A stretch of 64,000 nucleotides of DNA. Source: Chiloscyllium plagiosum (taxonomy: Eukaryota). A program made the translations under genes and the position numbers. Below the pieces are notes generated by a model, which was not told the origin of the DNA, did not search any database, and saw nothing but the letters and a program-made list of their open reading frames with translations. This document shows positions 48,435 to 61,124 of the stretch, in pieces (within the stretch, counting starts at the first letter, position 1; each line of letters begins with the position of its first letter). The DNA is taken from contig NC_057718.1 in assembly GCF_004010195.1 (NCBI RefSeq), positions 39,736,579 through 39,800,578 of the forward strand, given 5' to 3'.

Positions 48435-49661
48435 TATACCAACCTCTTGCTAGCTACAATCAGTTCTGCAGGAGCACCACTGGTATCTTTCCTTTCTCTC
48501 CATAGATGGTGTCAGATCTGTTAAGTTCTCCAGCAATTTCTGTTTTTGTTTCAGATTTGCAACATCTGCAGTTCTTTGGATGTTTTCCCCCTTAGCATTT
48601 ACCCCCTCAAGCTCCTTAATAATCATATACATCCCACTGGCATCACCTCTCATTCATCAAACTCCAGTGAGTAGAGTCTTGACCTGTTTAGCCTTTGCTC
48701 GGTAGATAATGCCTCCACTCGGGGATGACCTGGTGAACCTTCTCTGAACTGGCTCCATTAAAATAATTGCTTTCCTTAAATAAGGGGACCAAAACTGCTC
48801 ATTATATTCCAGATGTGGTCTCACCAGCACCTTGTAAAGTTGATGTAAGACTTCCCTACTCTTACACTCCAACCTCCTTGAAATAAGGGCCAACATTCTA
48901 TTAGCTTTCCTAATTATCTGCTGCATCTGTGTGTTAGCGTTCTGCATTTCATGCACAAGTATTCCAAAGTCCCGTTGTATTGCAGTTTCCTGCCATTTTT
49001 CTGCAATATTTTGTTCTTTTATTCTCCTTTCAAAAAGAACCATGGGAAACACTGTTCTAAAGTGCTGACAAAATATTTCCTGCTGACAAAATATGGTTTT
49101 GCGGTGTTTTGCCTTTTCCCCATTTTAAAGCCTTATGTCCTTATGCCATTGAGCCCAACTGACAGAGGGGACCAATAGTTTCACTATGACAGAGCAAATT
49201 TCATTTATCCGACTAGCTTGTTGAAGTTTGACTCCAGAAAAGAAAAAGACAGAAAGACTGCTTTAATAAAATAGAGTTTGATCTTTTTAATTGAAAAAAG
49301 ACCGACTGACCAAAAGTACTAAATGTTCAGCAGCTGTAGTCAGAAAATACCAAAAAGAATTTAAAACATTCAAATGAAAGGGACCAAGTTGACTTGCCGA
49401 CATTTACAATGGAGAAAGTGAGGACTGCAGATGCGGGAGATCAGAGCAGAAAGTGTGTTGCTGGAAAGGCGCAGCAGGTCAGGCAGCATCCAGGGAGCAG
49501 GAGAATCGACTTTTTGGGCATGAGCCCTTCTTCAGGAATGAGCAAAGTATGCCAAGCAGGCTAAGATAAAAGGTAGGGAGGAGGGACTTGGGGGAGGGGC
49601 GTTGGAAATGCGATAGGTGGAAGGAGGTTAAGGTGAGGGTGATAGGCCGGAGTGGGGGTGG

Positions 49662-50135
49662 NNNNNNNNNNNNNNNNNNNNNNNNNNNNNNNNNNNNNNN
49701 NNNNNNNNNNNNNNNNNNNNNNNNNNNNNNNNNNNNNNNNNNNNNNNNNNNNNNNNNNNNNNNNNNNNNNNNNNNNNNNNNNNNNNNNNNNNNNNNNNNN
49801 NNNNNNNNNNNNNNNNNNNNNNNNNNNNNNNNNNNNNNNNNNNNNNNNNNNNNNNNNNNNNNNNNNNNNNNNNNNNNNNNNNNNNNNNNNNNNNNNNNNN
49901 NNNNNNNNNNNNNNNNNNNNNNNNNNNNNNNNNNNNNNNNNNNNNNNNNNNNNNNNNNNNNNNNNNNNNNNNNNNNNNNNNNNNNNNNNNNNNNNNNNNN
50001 NNNNNNNNNNNNNNNNNNNNNNNNNNNNNNNNNNNNNNNNNNNNNNNNNNNNNNNNNNNNNNNNNNNNNNNNNNNNNNNNNNNNNNNNNNNNNNNNNNNN
50101 NNNNNNNNNNNNNNNNNNNNNNNNNNNNNNNNNNN
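49662..50135. other. Assembly gap (other gaps at 27419-27627 and 35925-35959)
   Basis: Runs of N. Confidence 1.
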
Positions 50136-50284
50136 TCTTCTTCCTGACATCTCCGCCCCCACCCCCATTCCGGCCTATCACCCTCACCTTAATCTCCTTC
50201 CACCTATCGCATTTCCAACACCCCTCCCCCAAGTCCCTCCTCACTACCGTTTATCTTAGCCTGCTTGGCACAATTTCCTCATTC

Positions 50285-50312
50285 CTGAAGAAGGGCTCAT
50301 GCCCGAAACGTC
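50285..50312 (+). ncRNA. Putative minimal hammerhead ribozyme core
   Basis: CTGAAGA A GGGC-TCAT-GCCC GAAA CGTC; palindromic helix III (ACGT), GUC triplet; helix I weak. Confidence 0.55.
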
Positions 50313-53300
50313 AATTCTTCTGCTCCTTGGATGCTGCCTGACCTGCTGTATTTTCCAGCAACACATTTTCAGCTAAATTTACAATGCTGCAGTTAGAATA
50401 TTACAGCCCTCAATGTTACACCGACCCATTGAACCAATCTGAAGCCCATTTAACCTGCAGTATTCCATTTTCATCCATATGTCTAACCAATGACCATTTA
50501 AATGCCCTTAAAGTTGGCGATCTTGTCCTGTCCCCATCACAGTGGCAATGCCTCCAATATTCATCATTTGTCATTGCACAATTACAAAAGCAATATTTAG
50601 ATTTGTGCATAAATCTCCAAAATAAAACTGGCGGCAGGTCAATCAATAGGTTTTACTGCCATCCCGCAACCAATTGGTTTTGCACTTGTGAATTACCCTT
50701 CCTTTATTAAAGCAGTGTACTTTAGATCTCTGACATGCACAGTTATAAACTTCAATATCCCATTTGGCTTATGTCTGGAATCCACAACCAATTAAGCATC
50801 AACATACTCCATGAATTTCTTGTCCTATCTTCTGAGCATTCATGTTAACTAGCCATAGAGAAACAAAAGAATCATCACTGCAGAATTGTTTTAATAAATA
50901 CATAGAAATAGAAAAACATGTGCACTAAAATTCAGTCACAGTGAATGAAAGGGCTAAACATAACTCAAATTTTAATAGATTGATCAAACCTTTTTTCCCC
51001 AGTCAGTTTACTGGAATGAACAATGAGAAGTCAAGTTAAGTGGCTGGTCAGGAATAATTAAGAGTCACAAACTCGAGGCGAGACTCACACATAGGAGCTG
51101 GAGTTTGTAAAGACATCATCAACTTTTTATCTTATACCATGAGGATCAAGATACAAGACAAAAGAAGCAGTGAAAAAGAATGAATGGCCTTTTATCTTAA
51201 CTGGTGCAGTCAGTTATAAGGAGGAATAAATAAGGGTAGGTATACAGGAACAATTTGATTCAGAGCCTTAGAGGTCACAACTTAGCACAGAGTAAAGACA
51301 ATGTTTGGCATTGCATTTAGTACGATTTCATATCCTCATACTTGGGGGGAAGTCACTTATGATAGGACACTCTGATGAATGTAAGGTGTTTCATTTACTG
51401 GAACTCCAAATACATTTTAAAAAGGACGAATCCTGGGAATACTTGTTATCACTTCCAATTTTTTGAATGGAGCAGATAAATGGAGCTTTATATCATATGA
51501 AAATATCACGATTCTAATATGTGACACAGGACCAATTTTGATTTCAGGCTTTTCTGCTACTGCAAACTGAAAAATAAATATATAAAGGAATGACCTCTAA
51601 AAATTTTCTGCACCAAACAAGTTTGGAATGATATTTGGTATTGTAGATTGGTGTGCAAGGTCTGTTTACATTGAAAACATTTTTTTAAATGCAGTGTTGC
51701 TGTTTGCTCACAAGCTCGCTCAAGAAAGGAGATCAGCTTCTTTTCATCTAATGTCCTTGTCACCAATTACAGCAGATCATGTGATTCATACTCAAATACT
51801 ACAAGTTGTCAACTAGCAGTTCACAAGTGCAATTCAAAAGGAGTGTTGATTTTCTTGTAGGTGGATAGAGGGAAAATTTCAGATTGCTCCTTCTGAGAGT
51901 GTGGTAGTTGATTTGTGAAACTAGCTGAAATACTTCCATTGTTCTACAAATATGCTCTGCATAATACAGCATATTAATCAATCTACACTGAATTTATATT
52001 AGACATTAATTGTAGTAAAGAGACGGAAGGCTGGAAGCAAAAGGAAACACTTTCTTCCACTGAATTTCCATAACAAAATTCAAGGAAAGGCTACTATTTT
52101 CATACATAACAAAGCATAAAATGGTAAAAAACCGGACGAAAAAATTAATTATATATTTCAGACAGTCTGAAAATATTTTGACAAACTTGTTTATTGCAGG
52201 ACTTTGCATGTGGAGTTCTAAAAAAAATGCTGCTGGAAACTGGTTGTTGAGAACATTAGTTTTCAATCAATGTCCCTGAGCCATAAGATCCCACTGTTGA
52301 TGACTGGCCATCAAAGTATCGAGCTTTTCACCTTGATTGCCTTCCCCCCCCATCATGTGTTTCTACTGAACTTCACTGGTACCTCCCTCAGTTCATTTCC
52401 TGCTGTCTTCACATTGGCACTGCTTCAATATTTATTATATTTGTCACAGTGCAGTTACAAAAAAAGAAATAAGTATTTTTGTGTACCTTGATGTCAAACG
52501 TAAAATGGACCGGTATTCAGTCCATGGGGTTTTGTTGACATTTGGACAGTATTTTGAGATTGCACTCATCTGAGCTACGATGTCATCCTCCTTTAATAAA
52601 ACAGAGAAGTGCAACTCTCAGACACATGTGCAAATTACTCATTTCTAGACTCACTCATCCTAGTCTTGGAGACCACAGACTCCAAATATCGACACACTGT
52701 GATGAAACCCTGCCCTAGATTCTCAATGTTATTGTTACCCACAGAAAAAAAGAAAAGCCATCATTGTAGAATGTTTATGCTGCTTGTGGAAAATATTTTG
52801 AATGTGGAGTTGGAAAAATCTGCTAATTAATAAAAGGATAAATTAAAAGTTGCACAATTATTGAGTCAATGTTTTGTATTAGGAAACATACTCCATTGGA
52901 ATTTCTAATTGACAAAATAAAGTTTATTTTTAAAACAAAGTGCCGACCTGACCATTTTATGTAACTGATTTAAGATTCTTGTTGGTTCTGGAGTATGTTT
53001 CTTACAATTGTATTCTGATCACTTTTTCCCCCCTAGAGATATTTGTGCTAGCTTTGTGCTAATTAAACCAGCCACATTTTACAATGCTAGAACTAAAATA
53101 GCTTTAACTAAAATTGTTTGTTTCAGGACCTGTTGCTGAAACATTCCACAAAATCATATTCCAGATTACTCAGACATTTAGTGCACACAACTTGTGTGTA
53201 CCAACCAACAAACATCTGACATTAATTCCAGTTTCCAGTTCTTGATTCATTGGTCTGAAGACTACAGCAGTGTGAGTTAAAATCTCAAAACTGCTCAAGT

Positions 53301-53422
53301 ATTGAGTGTTTCTGATTCAACCAACGTATCATACAGTAAATTCCAGATTTGCACCATTCTCTGGATGCAAAAAGTTACTCAATTCTCTGCCTTGCCTTCT
53401 ATCTTTTACCTTAAGTCTATGC

Positions 53423-53630
53423 GGAGAAAGTGAGGTCTGCAGATGCTGGAGATCAGAGCTGAAAATGTGTTGCTGGAAAAGCGCAGCAGGTCAGGCAGCA
53501 TCCAGGGAACAGGAGAATCGATGTTTCGGGCATAAACCCTCCTGAAGAAGGGCTTATGCCCGAAACGTCGATTCTCCTGTTCCCTGGATGCTGCCGGACC
53601 TGCTGCGCTTTTCCAGCAACACATTTTCAG
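53423..53630. mobile_element. Family-A palindromic PLE-end insert inside a decayed CR1 (about 53200-53880, minus)
   Basis: About 84-bp inverted arms; 13-bp TSD cttaagtctatgc at 53410-53422 and 53631-53643. Confidence 0.9.
53542..53569 (+). ncRNA. Putative minimal hammerhead ribozyme core
   Basis: CTGAAGA A GGGC-TTAT-GCCC GAAA CGTC; core intact, helix I only about 2 bp. Confidence 0.55.
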
Positions 53631-54019
53631 CTTAAGTCTATGCCCCTAGTTATTGACCCTTCTATGAATGGAAAAATTGCCTTCCTATCCACCTCATCAT
53701 TGCCACTCAATCTTAGAAACATCTATCTTCTCAAAATCACTGCTTCAAAGAAAACAACCATCCCAATCCAATCTCTCCTCATTGCTCAAACTCTCCAGCC
53801 CAGGCAGCATATTGGGAAACCTCCTCTATGCTCTCTCAAGTGCAATCTTTCCTATAATGTGGTGACCAGAACTTCACACAGCTAGCTTTGCTATTTTGAT
53901 TTGTCCAATTTTTAGGAAGATGAAGGCTCTTCATCATTTATTACTTTGTTACCAGTTTCAATTATTTTTTGCTTAAATGTTTTCCAAATGTATCCTTACT
54001 GTTAGGATGTGCATAAACT

Positions 54020-54131
54020 TGCGGAGCGTTTCAGAGAACACCTGTTCCCTGGATGCTGCCTGACCTGCTGCGCTTTTCCAGCAACACATTTCCAGCTCTG
54101 ATCTCCAGCATCTGCAGACCTCACTTTCTCC
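54020..54131 (+). mobile_element. Internally deleted family-A PLE insert
   Basis: 12-bp TSD tgtgcataaact at 54008-54019 and 54132-54143. Confidence 0.85.
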
Positions 54132-54478
54132 TGTGCATAAACTACTCCAATCGGAGTTTTTTGAACCTCTGTTATTCCTAATCTCAGCTGTGATGCAGAT
54201 GTTAGCACTCACCTTCTGAGTCTGAAGGCTGTGGGTTCAGGTCTCACAGGGGATACTTGGGCACAAAAATGTGGGTTGACACTCGAATGCAGGGTTTGTT
54301 GAACTGTCAAGAGATTCTTCCTTTTGCATGAGATGTCAAACCAAGTCCTCTCTGCTTCCAAGTAATGTAAAAGATTCCATATGGCAAAATTCAAATAACA
54401 ACAGGGAAGGTATCACCAGTGTACTTTTCAATATCCCTCCTGAAATTGACCTCACAAAAAACAGATGAACTGATCATT

Positions 54479-54797
54479 GGGTGGCATGGTGGCTAGCACT
54501 GCTGCCTCGCAGCGCCAGAGACCCGGGTTCAATTCCTGCCTCAGGCGACTCTGTGTGGAGTTTGCACATTCTCCCCGTGTCTGCGTGGGTTTCCTCCGGG
54601 TGCTCCGGTTTCCTCCCACAATCCAAAAATGTGCATGTCAAGTGAATTGGCCATGCTAAATTGCCCGCAATGTTAGGTGAAGGGGTAATTGTAGGAGAAT
54701 AGGTCTGGGTGGGTTACGCTTCGGCGGGTCGGTGTGGACTTGTTGGGCCGAAGGGCCTGTTTCCAAACTGTAGGGAATCTAATCTGAATCTAATCTA
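54479..54797 (+). mobile_element. HE1/V-SINE-type SINE, full length and young
   Basis: Head, V-domain and tail ...gggaatctaatctgaatctaatcta intact; CpGs largely retained. Confidence 0.92.
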
Positions 54798-54812
54798 AAC
54801 CTATTGCTGTTT

Positions 54813-55640
54813 ATAGAACATAGAAAAGTACAGCGCAGAACAGGCCCTTTGGCCCACGATGTTGTGCCGAGATTTAATCCTAATGTCAAATATAGTAACT
54901 TAATCTACGCACCCCTCAACTCACTGCTATCCATGTGCATGTCCAGCAGTTGCCTAATGACTCTGCTTTCACCACACAGCTGGCAACGCATTCCATGCAT
55001 TCACAACTCTTTGCGTAAAGAACCTACCTCTGACGTCTCCTTTATACCTTCCTCCTAATATCTTCAAACTATGACTTCTCGTACCAGTCAATTCTGCCCT
55101 GGGGAAAAGTCTCTGGATATTGACTCTATCTATTCCTCTCATTATTTTGTACACCTTGATCAGGTCTCCTCTCTTCCTTCTCCTCTCCAGAGAGAAAAGT
55201 CCGAGCTTATTCAACCTTTCTTCATAAGGCAAGCCGTCCGGTCCAGGCAGCATCCTGGTAAACCTTCTTTGCACCCTCGTCAAAGCCTCTTTACCTTTCC
55301 TACAGTAGGGCGACCAGAACTGGACACAATATTCCAAGTGTGGTCTCACTAGGGACTTGTATAGCTACAGGAAAACCTCGCTGCTCTTTAACTCAATCCC
55401 CCTGTTAACGAAAGCCAAAACACCATATGCTTTCTTAACAACCCTATCCACTTGGGTGGCAACTTTGAGGGATCTATGAACCTGCACACCCAGATCCCTC
55501 TGTTTCTCCACACTGCCAAGAATCTGGTCTTTAATCCTATATTCAGCATTCGAGTTCGATCTTCCAAACTGCATCACTTCTCATTTATCCAGATTGAACT
55601 CCATCTGCCATTTCTCAGCCCAGCTCTGCATTCTGTCTAT
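54813..55640 (-). mobile_element. CR1-clade LINE, 3' fragment
   Basis: ORFs 54969..55349 and 55365..55577: [26 protein letters not shown]. Confidence 0.92.
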
Positions 55641-57338
55641 TATTATCCTGTTTGTGGAAGCTTGGTGTATGCAAACTGTTTGCCACAGCTCCTACATTGC
55701 AAAACTGGCCACTTTATAAAAATAATTCATTGGCTGTAAATTGCTTTTGGATGGCCCATGGTTATGAAATGCCCTGTATAACTGCAAATTTTTCCTGTAC
55801 CTTATTGGATGGTCCTGGTCACTTAGCATCACTGTGGTCAATGGCCTACGGCTGCACATATTCCTGTTCTTATTAAATTATTTGAACATGACTCTTATAA
55901 CTTCAAATGTTGTACTGAATTAGGTTCCAGTCAGATGTTTAAAATAGCACTGAGCCTGAAGGTTAGTCCAATTAATGGCTCTTGTAAATTGTAGGAGCAT
56001 CCAACTTTAAGCATCTTCTGATTCTGGTTTTCAAGAATAAAGGTCTGATTGAATTCAAAGCAGCCAATGACAGAAAGGATTTATATGTGTGAGACATGCA
56101 TTAGTTGAAACACAGAAGTGGAATTTAAAATTAAAATTAACTCATTTAAATAATGTAACTGACGGTTTTATCCAATTTTTCATGAGCACAACATTTTGCA
56201 GCCAACCTAAAGTAGTCCACAATTTTAATAGGAAGGGTGAGTCAAGAATATTAGATGAACAATTCCTTGAGAGAGAGTAGAAGCAGACTGTCATAATCAA
56301 ATGTTATTTTATCAGCATTGAGCCGAACAGTATGTCACTGAAACTAGTGTTGTGTACTCTTACATTAAGGAGGATGAGACAGAGCAATGACGCATTGGTC
56401 TAGATGAATTCTAAACTATATCTATTTCTTTCTTGGGAGCAGAAAGGAAAAAAGCAAAAGTTAAAAATGGGATATCAAATAATTTGCACTAGCAGGACCT
56501 GGTTGTGGTTTCTACAAAAAGGCCTGAAGGATCATACTGAGTTCAATTCAAAAAGGAAAGATTCAAATTAAAAGGGCAAATTTAGTTTTTTTTAGAAAAG
56601 CGACTCACTCGACAACAAGAAATATTATTTCATTCTGCATAAATTCGCAGAATATTTCAAGTGCATATAAATGTCTTCTTTTTTCACAAATTAGAATTTA
56701 TACTGAGAGCTAAGCAATCTTGCTATCCAATGTGACTTTGTACAATAATGTTCAATAGCCTAGCCTATTAATCACTGATAACGAAACAATGAGGCAGTCC
56801 CCATTCATATGCAACAGCAGCAACTTCAACTTATACCCTGTCATTAAAACAAAGAACATGCCATTAAGCTTGACTGGTAAGAGATTTGGACTCGGAAAAA
56901 GAAAGTCAGGAGTGAGCGAAAGCTCTGATGGACTCTGGAGAAGACTTTTAAAGGATTGGCTTTGTTTTCAATTTTAAGGACCTGAAGTCATCGAGGGATT
57001 TAGACATATCAAAAGGATGAGTAGAGAGATTTCATGATCATATCCACATAGGAAGTGAATTGCACTACGAGTGAAGGCCATTTCAGGAATGCAGCTAGGT
57101 GGAGACCCAAGTTGATAATCCAAACACGGGTTGCAGGATAGATGGGCACAGATTGGAGAGGTAAAAGTATGTTCCAGGACACTGGAAAGGCAAGAGAGAT
57201 TGGAGGCGCTGCAGTCGTGCACCAGGACAAAGCACAAACAATGGTTTCACTGGTGGAAGAAAAGGTAAAAAGTTGTCAGAGTCTTCCCAGACACAGGGCT
57301 ACTCTCTCATTAAGACAGGCACAACTGGTGGAGGTTTA

Positions 57339-57479
57339 AGCGAGTGTGTGGTGCTGGAAAAGCACACCAGGTCATGCAGTATCTGAGGAGCAGGAGAATC
57401 GACGTTTCAGGTAGGAGCCCTTCATCAGCACCACACATTCTTGACTCTGATCTCCAGCATCTGCAGTCCTCACTTTGTC
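57339..57479. mobile_element. Family-A rearranged PLE-end insert with a minus-strand hammerhead core (57401-57428)
   Basis: 14-bp TSD ctggtggaggttta at 57325-57338 and 57480-57493; CTGATGA A GGGC-TCCT-ACCT GAAA CGTC. Confidence 0.87.
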
Positions 57480-58379
57480 CTGGTGGAGGTTTAGCCTGAG
57501 GGTCACCAGACATAGGAAAAAGTTGAAAAGGAGAGCCTCACGATACCCTCACTCAGTGTGGAAACTGAACCCACTCTGCATTGCAAACCAGCAATCCAGC
57601 CAGCTGCACTAACCAGGCCCCACGCCCACTAAAAACTAGAAGTAGGCCATAAGATACAACTAAGTCACCAAGTCAGCAAGTGGGGAATTCTGCACTGACT
57701 CTCTCATTGTTCCTTTAAGGAAACTGAGTTGGAGATACTCCATAACGAGTATGCACTGCAGTTAAAAATTGCTAACACTAGATGCCTGAAGATAATTAAA
57801 TATTTGTCGACATAAATCTGCGTCCAAAGATACCCCAAGATTTAGATTTGTTAGAATGCAGATTTGCCAAGGGACCCATGGTTTCAGGAGGTGTACAGCA
57901 ATATTACTCCAATACAAGGTTAACTCAAAATATTACTAAACACGCTACTTTAATAATTATGCAAATATTGGCTTCAATACAGAGACAGAATAGGAGATAT
58001 TTGCAGTAATTTATCGTAATTCTAAAGAAAGTCACAGGAGTGCCAGATTCAACACTACACAAAATATTTTCATTAGCATGGGTAGGAATGAGGGTACAAA
58101 TACAAGAGACTGAAAAGGATTTTTTTTAAAGTGAAAAAGGGAGGGCTGGGGAGAGGGAGGAACAAAAGAAACACATGAGACAAGGTAAAGAAGGAGAAAG
58201 TGAAGAAAGGACTAAATTAGGTTGTCAAAAATAGTTCATAAACTATTACAACTACTAAAGATGCAAAGGGGTTTCTCTGATTCTTTAGCTCTCAGGGCGC
58301 AGGAACCCAGATAGACAAACAGTCCTCCATTCAAAACCAAATCTTTGCTGACCAAACTGATCTCAGCCAAGATATTATA

Positions 58380-59125
58380 CCATTATACACTTAATGGTAA
58401 GGTCCTAGGGAATGTTGCTGATTAAAGAGACCTTGGAGTGCAGGTTCATAGCTCCTTGAATCCTAGAGTAGATAGGATAGTGAAGGAGGTGTTTGGTATG
58501 CTTTCCTTTATTGGTCAGAGTATTGAGTACAGGAGTTGGGAGGTCATGTTGTGGCTGTATAGGACATTGGTTAGGCAACTTTTGGAATACTGCCTGCAAT
58601 TCTGGTCTCCTTCCTCTCGGAAGGATGTTGTGAAACTTGAAAGGGTTCAGAAAATATTTACAAGGGTGTTGTCAGGGTTGGAGGATTTGAGCTACAGGGA
58701 GAGATTGAATAGGCTGGGGCTGTTTTCCCTGGAGTGTTGGAGACTGAGGTGTGACCTTATAGAGGTTTAGAAAATCATGAGGGGCATGGATACAATAAAT
58801 TGACAAAGTCTCTTCCCTGGGGTGTGGGAGTCCACAACTACAGGGCATAGGTTTAAGGTGAGAGGGGAATGATATAAAAAGGGGACCTAAGGGGCAACTG
58901 TTTCACGCAGAGGGTGCTACGTGTATGGAATGAGCTGCCAGAGGAAGTGGTGGAAGCTAGTACAATTGCAACATTTAAAAAGCATCTGGATGGGTATATG
59001 AATGGGAAGGATTTGGGGGGATATGGGCCGGGCGCTGGCAGGTGGGACTAGATTGGGTTGGGATATCTGGTCAGCATGGACGAGTTGGACTGAAGGGTCG
59101 GTTTCCATGCTGTACATCTCTATGA
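58380..59125 (+). mobile_element. CR1-clade LINE, 3' fragment
   Basis: ORF 58438..58770: LYRTLVRQLLEYCLQFWSP, KLERVQKIFTRVL. Confidence 0.9.
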
Positions 59126-61124
59126 TACGAAGATGGCAGCTTGGTGACCACAATTGGCCTCTGGCTCCTACACTACCATTCCTGCTTCTAGTTGCAATTC
59201 AATTAATATTTATTGAAGTATAACTATATGGATATAAGGTGAGGACAGAATTAATGGCAGCATGTAGCCTGAAGTAAAACAGAAACCCAGTAATTGCTTC
59301 AGTCTCCATGTCATGTTCTGCGAATCTTTAAAATAACTTTTTGTTCACAGAAAGGATTTTGAGATGAAATGGCACATGCATTGTATTTGAAAGCAAAACA
59401 CACTGCTATTTTTAGCACAGGATGCAGGTATGACAGATAAATATCAAGGCTGCATTGTCCAGCTTTTGTAATAATATAATGAAGATCAGCTGTCCAATCT
59501 CAGGCAAATTAGCCAGAATGGTGTCAATTCATGAGAACTAAGTAGTTGTTTGTTTTATTCAGTTCAGTTCTGTACACAGTCTATCCCTCATTACGTGACT
59601 ATACAATTAAATATTGAACCTTATGAGTTCAACCTTGTTGAACTCAAGATACTGATGACGATGACCAGAGCAGTCCACTGGAGACAACATCTGAGACAGA
59701 CCTGAAAGTTGCAATTTCCCATGACAGTAGACACTTGAACAATATGCTGGTTGAATAAAATTGACAGGAAAGAGTGAGGTTAGATTTATATAGCACCTAA
59801 CATGAACTCAACTCGTGTTAGCCTGTCTTCCGGCCTATGGGTTGCTTTTGTACTTGAAGTGCAGTCACCTTTATAATATAGGAAGCACAGCAGCCGACTT
59901 CCTGCAAATAATGCAGTAATTAATCAGATAAACTGTTTTAGCAATGTTTGTTCTGGCATAAGTGTCAACTGGAACATAGGGCAAAGTCTTTGAGCTTGAG
60001 CCCAGGTCTGCCTGACTCAGGAGTGAGAAGGCAACTACTGAACCTTAACTGCTTACGTAAAAGTGAAGGGTGGCAGGACATCGGCAAGACAAGATGATGC
60101 AGCAGATCAAAAGTGGACAAAAAAAAAAGAATAAAAACCAGCAGCTGTAAGTACTGAAAATGATGTCAATGCCCTTTCTAGTATCTGGAAGGGCAATAAA
60201 TTCTTCAAATTGATGGTGAAACAAAGCAATAATGAAATAGTCATTAAAACCTGCAGTGCTTGACAATTCATAAGGCAAAAGGACAAGATGGAATGCATCC
60301 AAGAATAGTTAATTAAATTAGGGCGGAAGTAGGGGAGAAGTGTTGAAGGTTTTCATAGCTGATTAAATACAAGGCCAATAACAGAAGATTACAAAGCAGT
60401 CTAAGAATTACAGACTTATTAACTTGACAACTCTATTTAAAAAAAATATTGGAAGCTATAAAAGGGCAAGCAATTCAATATATCTGACTAGAGTTAGGGG
60501 AGCAATTTCCAGCCAATACAGGCAGCTCAAGTACTAAAGTTAAGCAAATTCTTTAAAGCCATAAAATTGTTTGATGAATATGATATAGTGGACTTTGCAT
60601 CTCAAGTTTCAGAAAACAGAAATGATGAAAATACTGCTCCAGTTAAAAGCACTCAAGAGAAAATAGTGAATAACTTTTGCAAATTTGATGAAATAATTCC
60701 TAATTAATAATAAGTAAATGACAACAATTAATATCAAATGGTTACGACTGGCTAAAAATTCTAAACCTTGCTAACTTGCATGTCATATTTCTCCACTACA
60801 TGACTTCTTACAATCATAGTAGGGCTGAAAATGTGACCTCAGAAACACACTTTAAAGCATTAAACATCCAGAGAGTAAAGAGCATCATCATGGGCTATCA
60901 GTAACCAAATATTCAGCTCAAAAAACCACGAACAAGTGTCAAAGCTCGGATTCTGACTGCCGTGGGTTTGGGTTCCATGTCAGCAGCACCCCAGTGCAGC
61001 ACTTAAGAAAAGCTGCACTATCAGATGTCCTGTTATTCAAAGCTCACATCTGAACTTTCAGGTACATATTGAAGAGCCCATGGTCGACTTGAAGCACAGC
61101 AGGAACGTTTTCACACTTCACTTC

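Larger units (their letters stand above)
46742..48580 (+). mobile_element. Decayed Neptune-like PLE (GIY-YIG region and 3' end), interrupted twice
   Basis: KLEEQHLTFHLG; nucleotide similarity to the 2041-3451 element; 3' end at about 48440-48580. Confidence 0.7.
46395..49050 (-). mobile_element. CR1 LINE (parts about 46395-46740 and 48585-49050) hosting nested insertions
   Basis: RTGGHSHRIKGRQFKTEMRRYFFS and [23 protein letters not shown]. Confidence 0.82.
49412..50376. mobile_element. Family-A PLE insertion with inverted 3' ends around an assembly gap
   Basis: Arms 49412-49661 and 50136-50376 are reverse complements over about 215 bp; TSD atttacaatg at 49402-49411 and 50377-50386. Confidence 0.88.
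54200..55795 (+). mobile_element. Old DeuSINE/SacSINE1-like SINE (54200-54478, about 54801-54812, about 55645-55795), split by a younger SINE and a LINE
   Basis: tRNA-like head (gggttcag), Deu-like core (atgagatgtcaaaccaagtcc...taaaagattcc-atggca), L2-like tail (tgtaaattgcttttgg...tgaaatgccctgtataactgcaa). Confidence 0.6.

Noticed and set aside
49479..50341. ORFs of 220-230 aa (also 27285-27989)
   Set aside because: They are open only because they span N runs.
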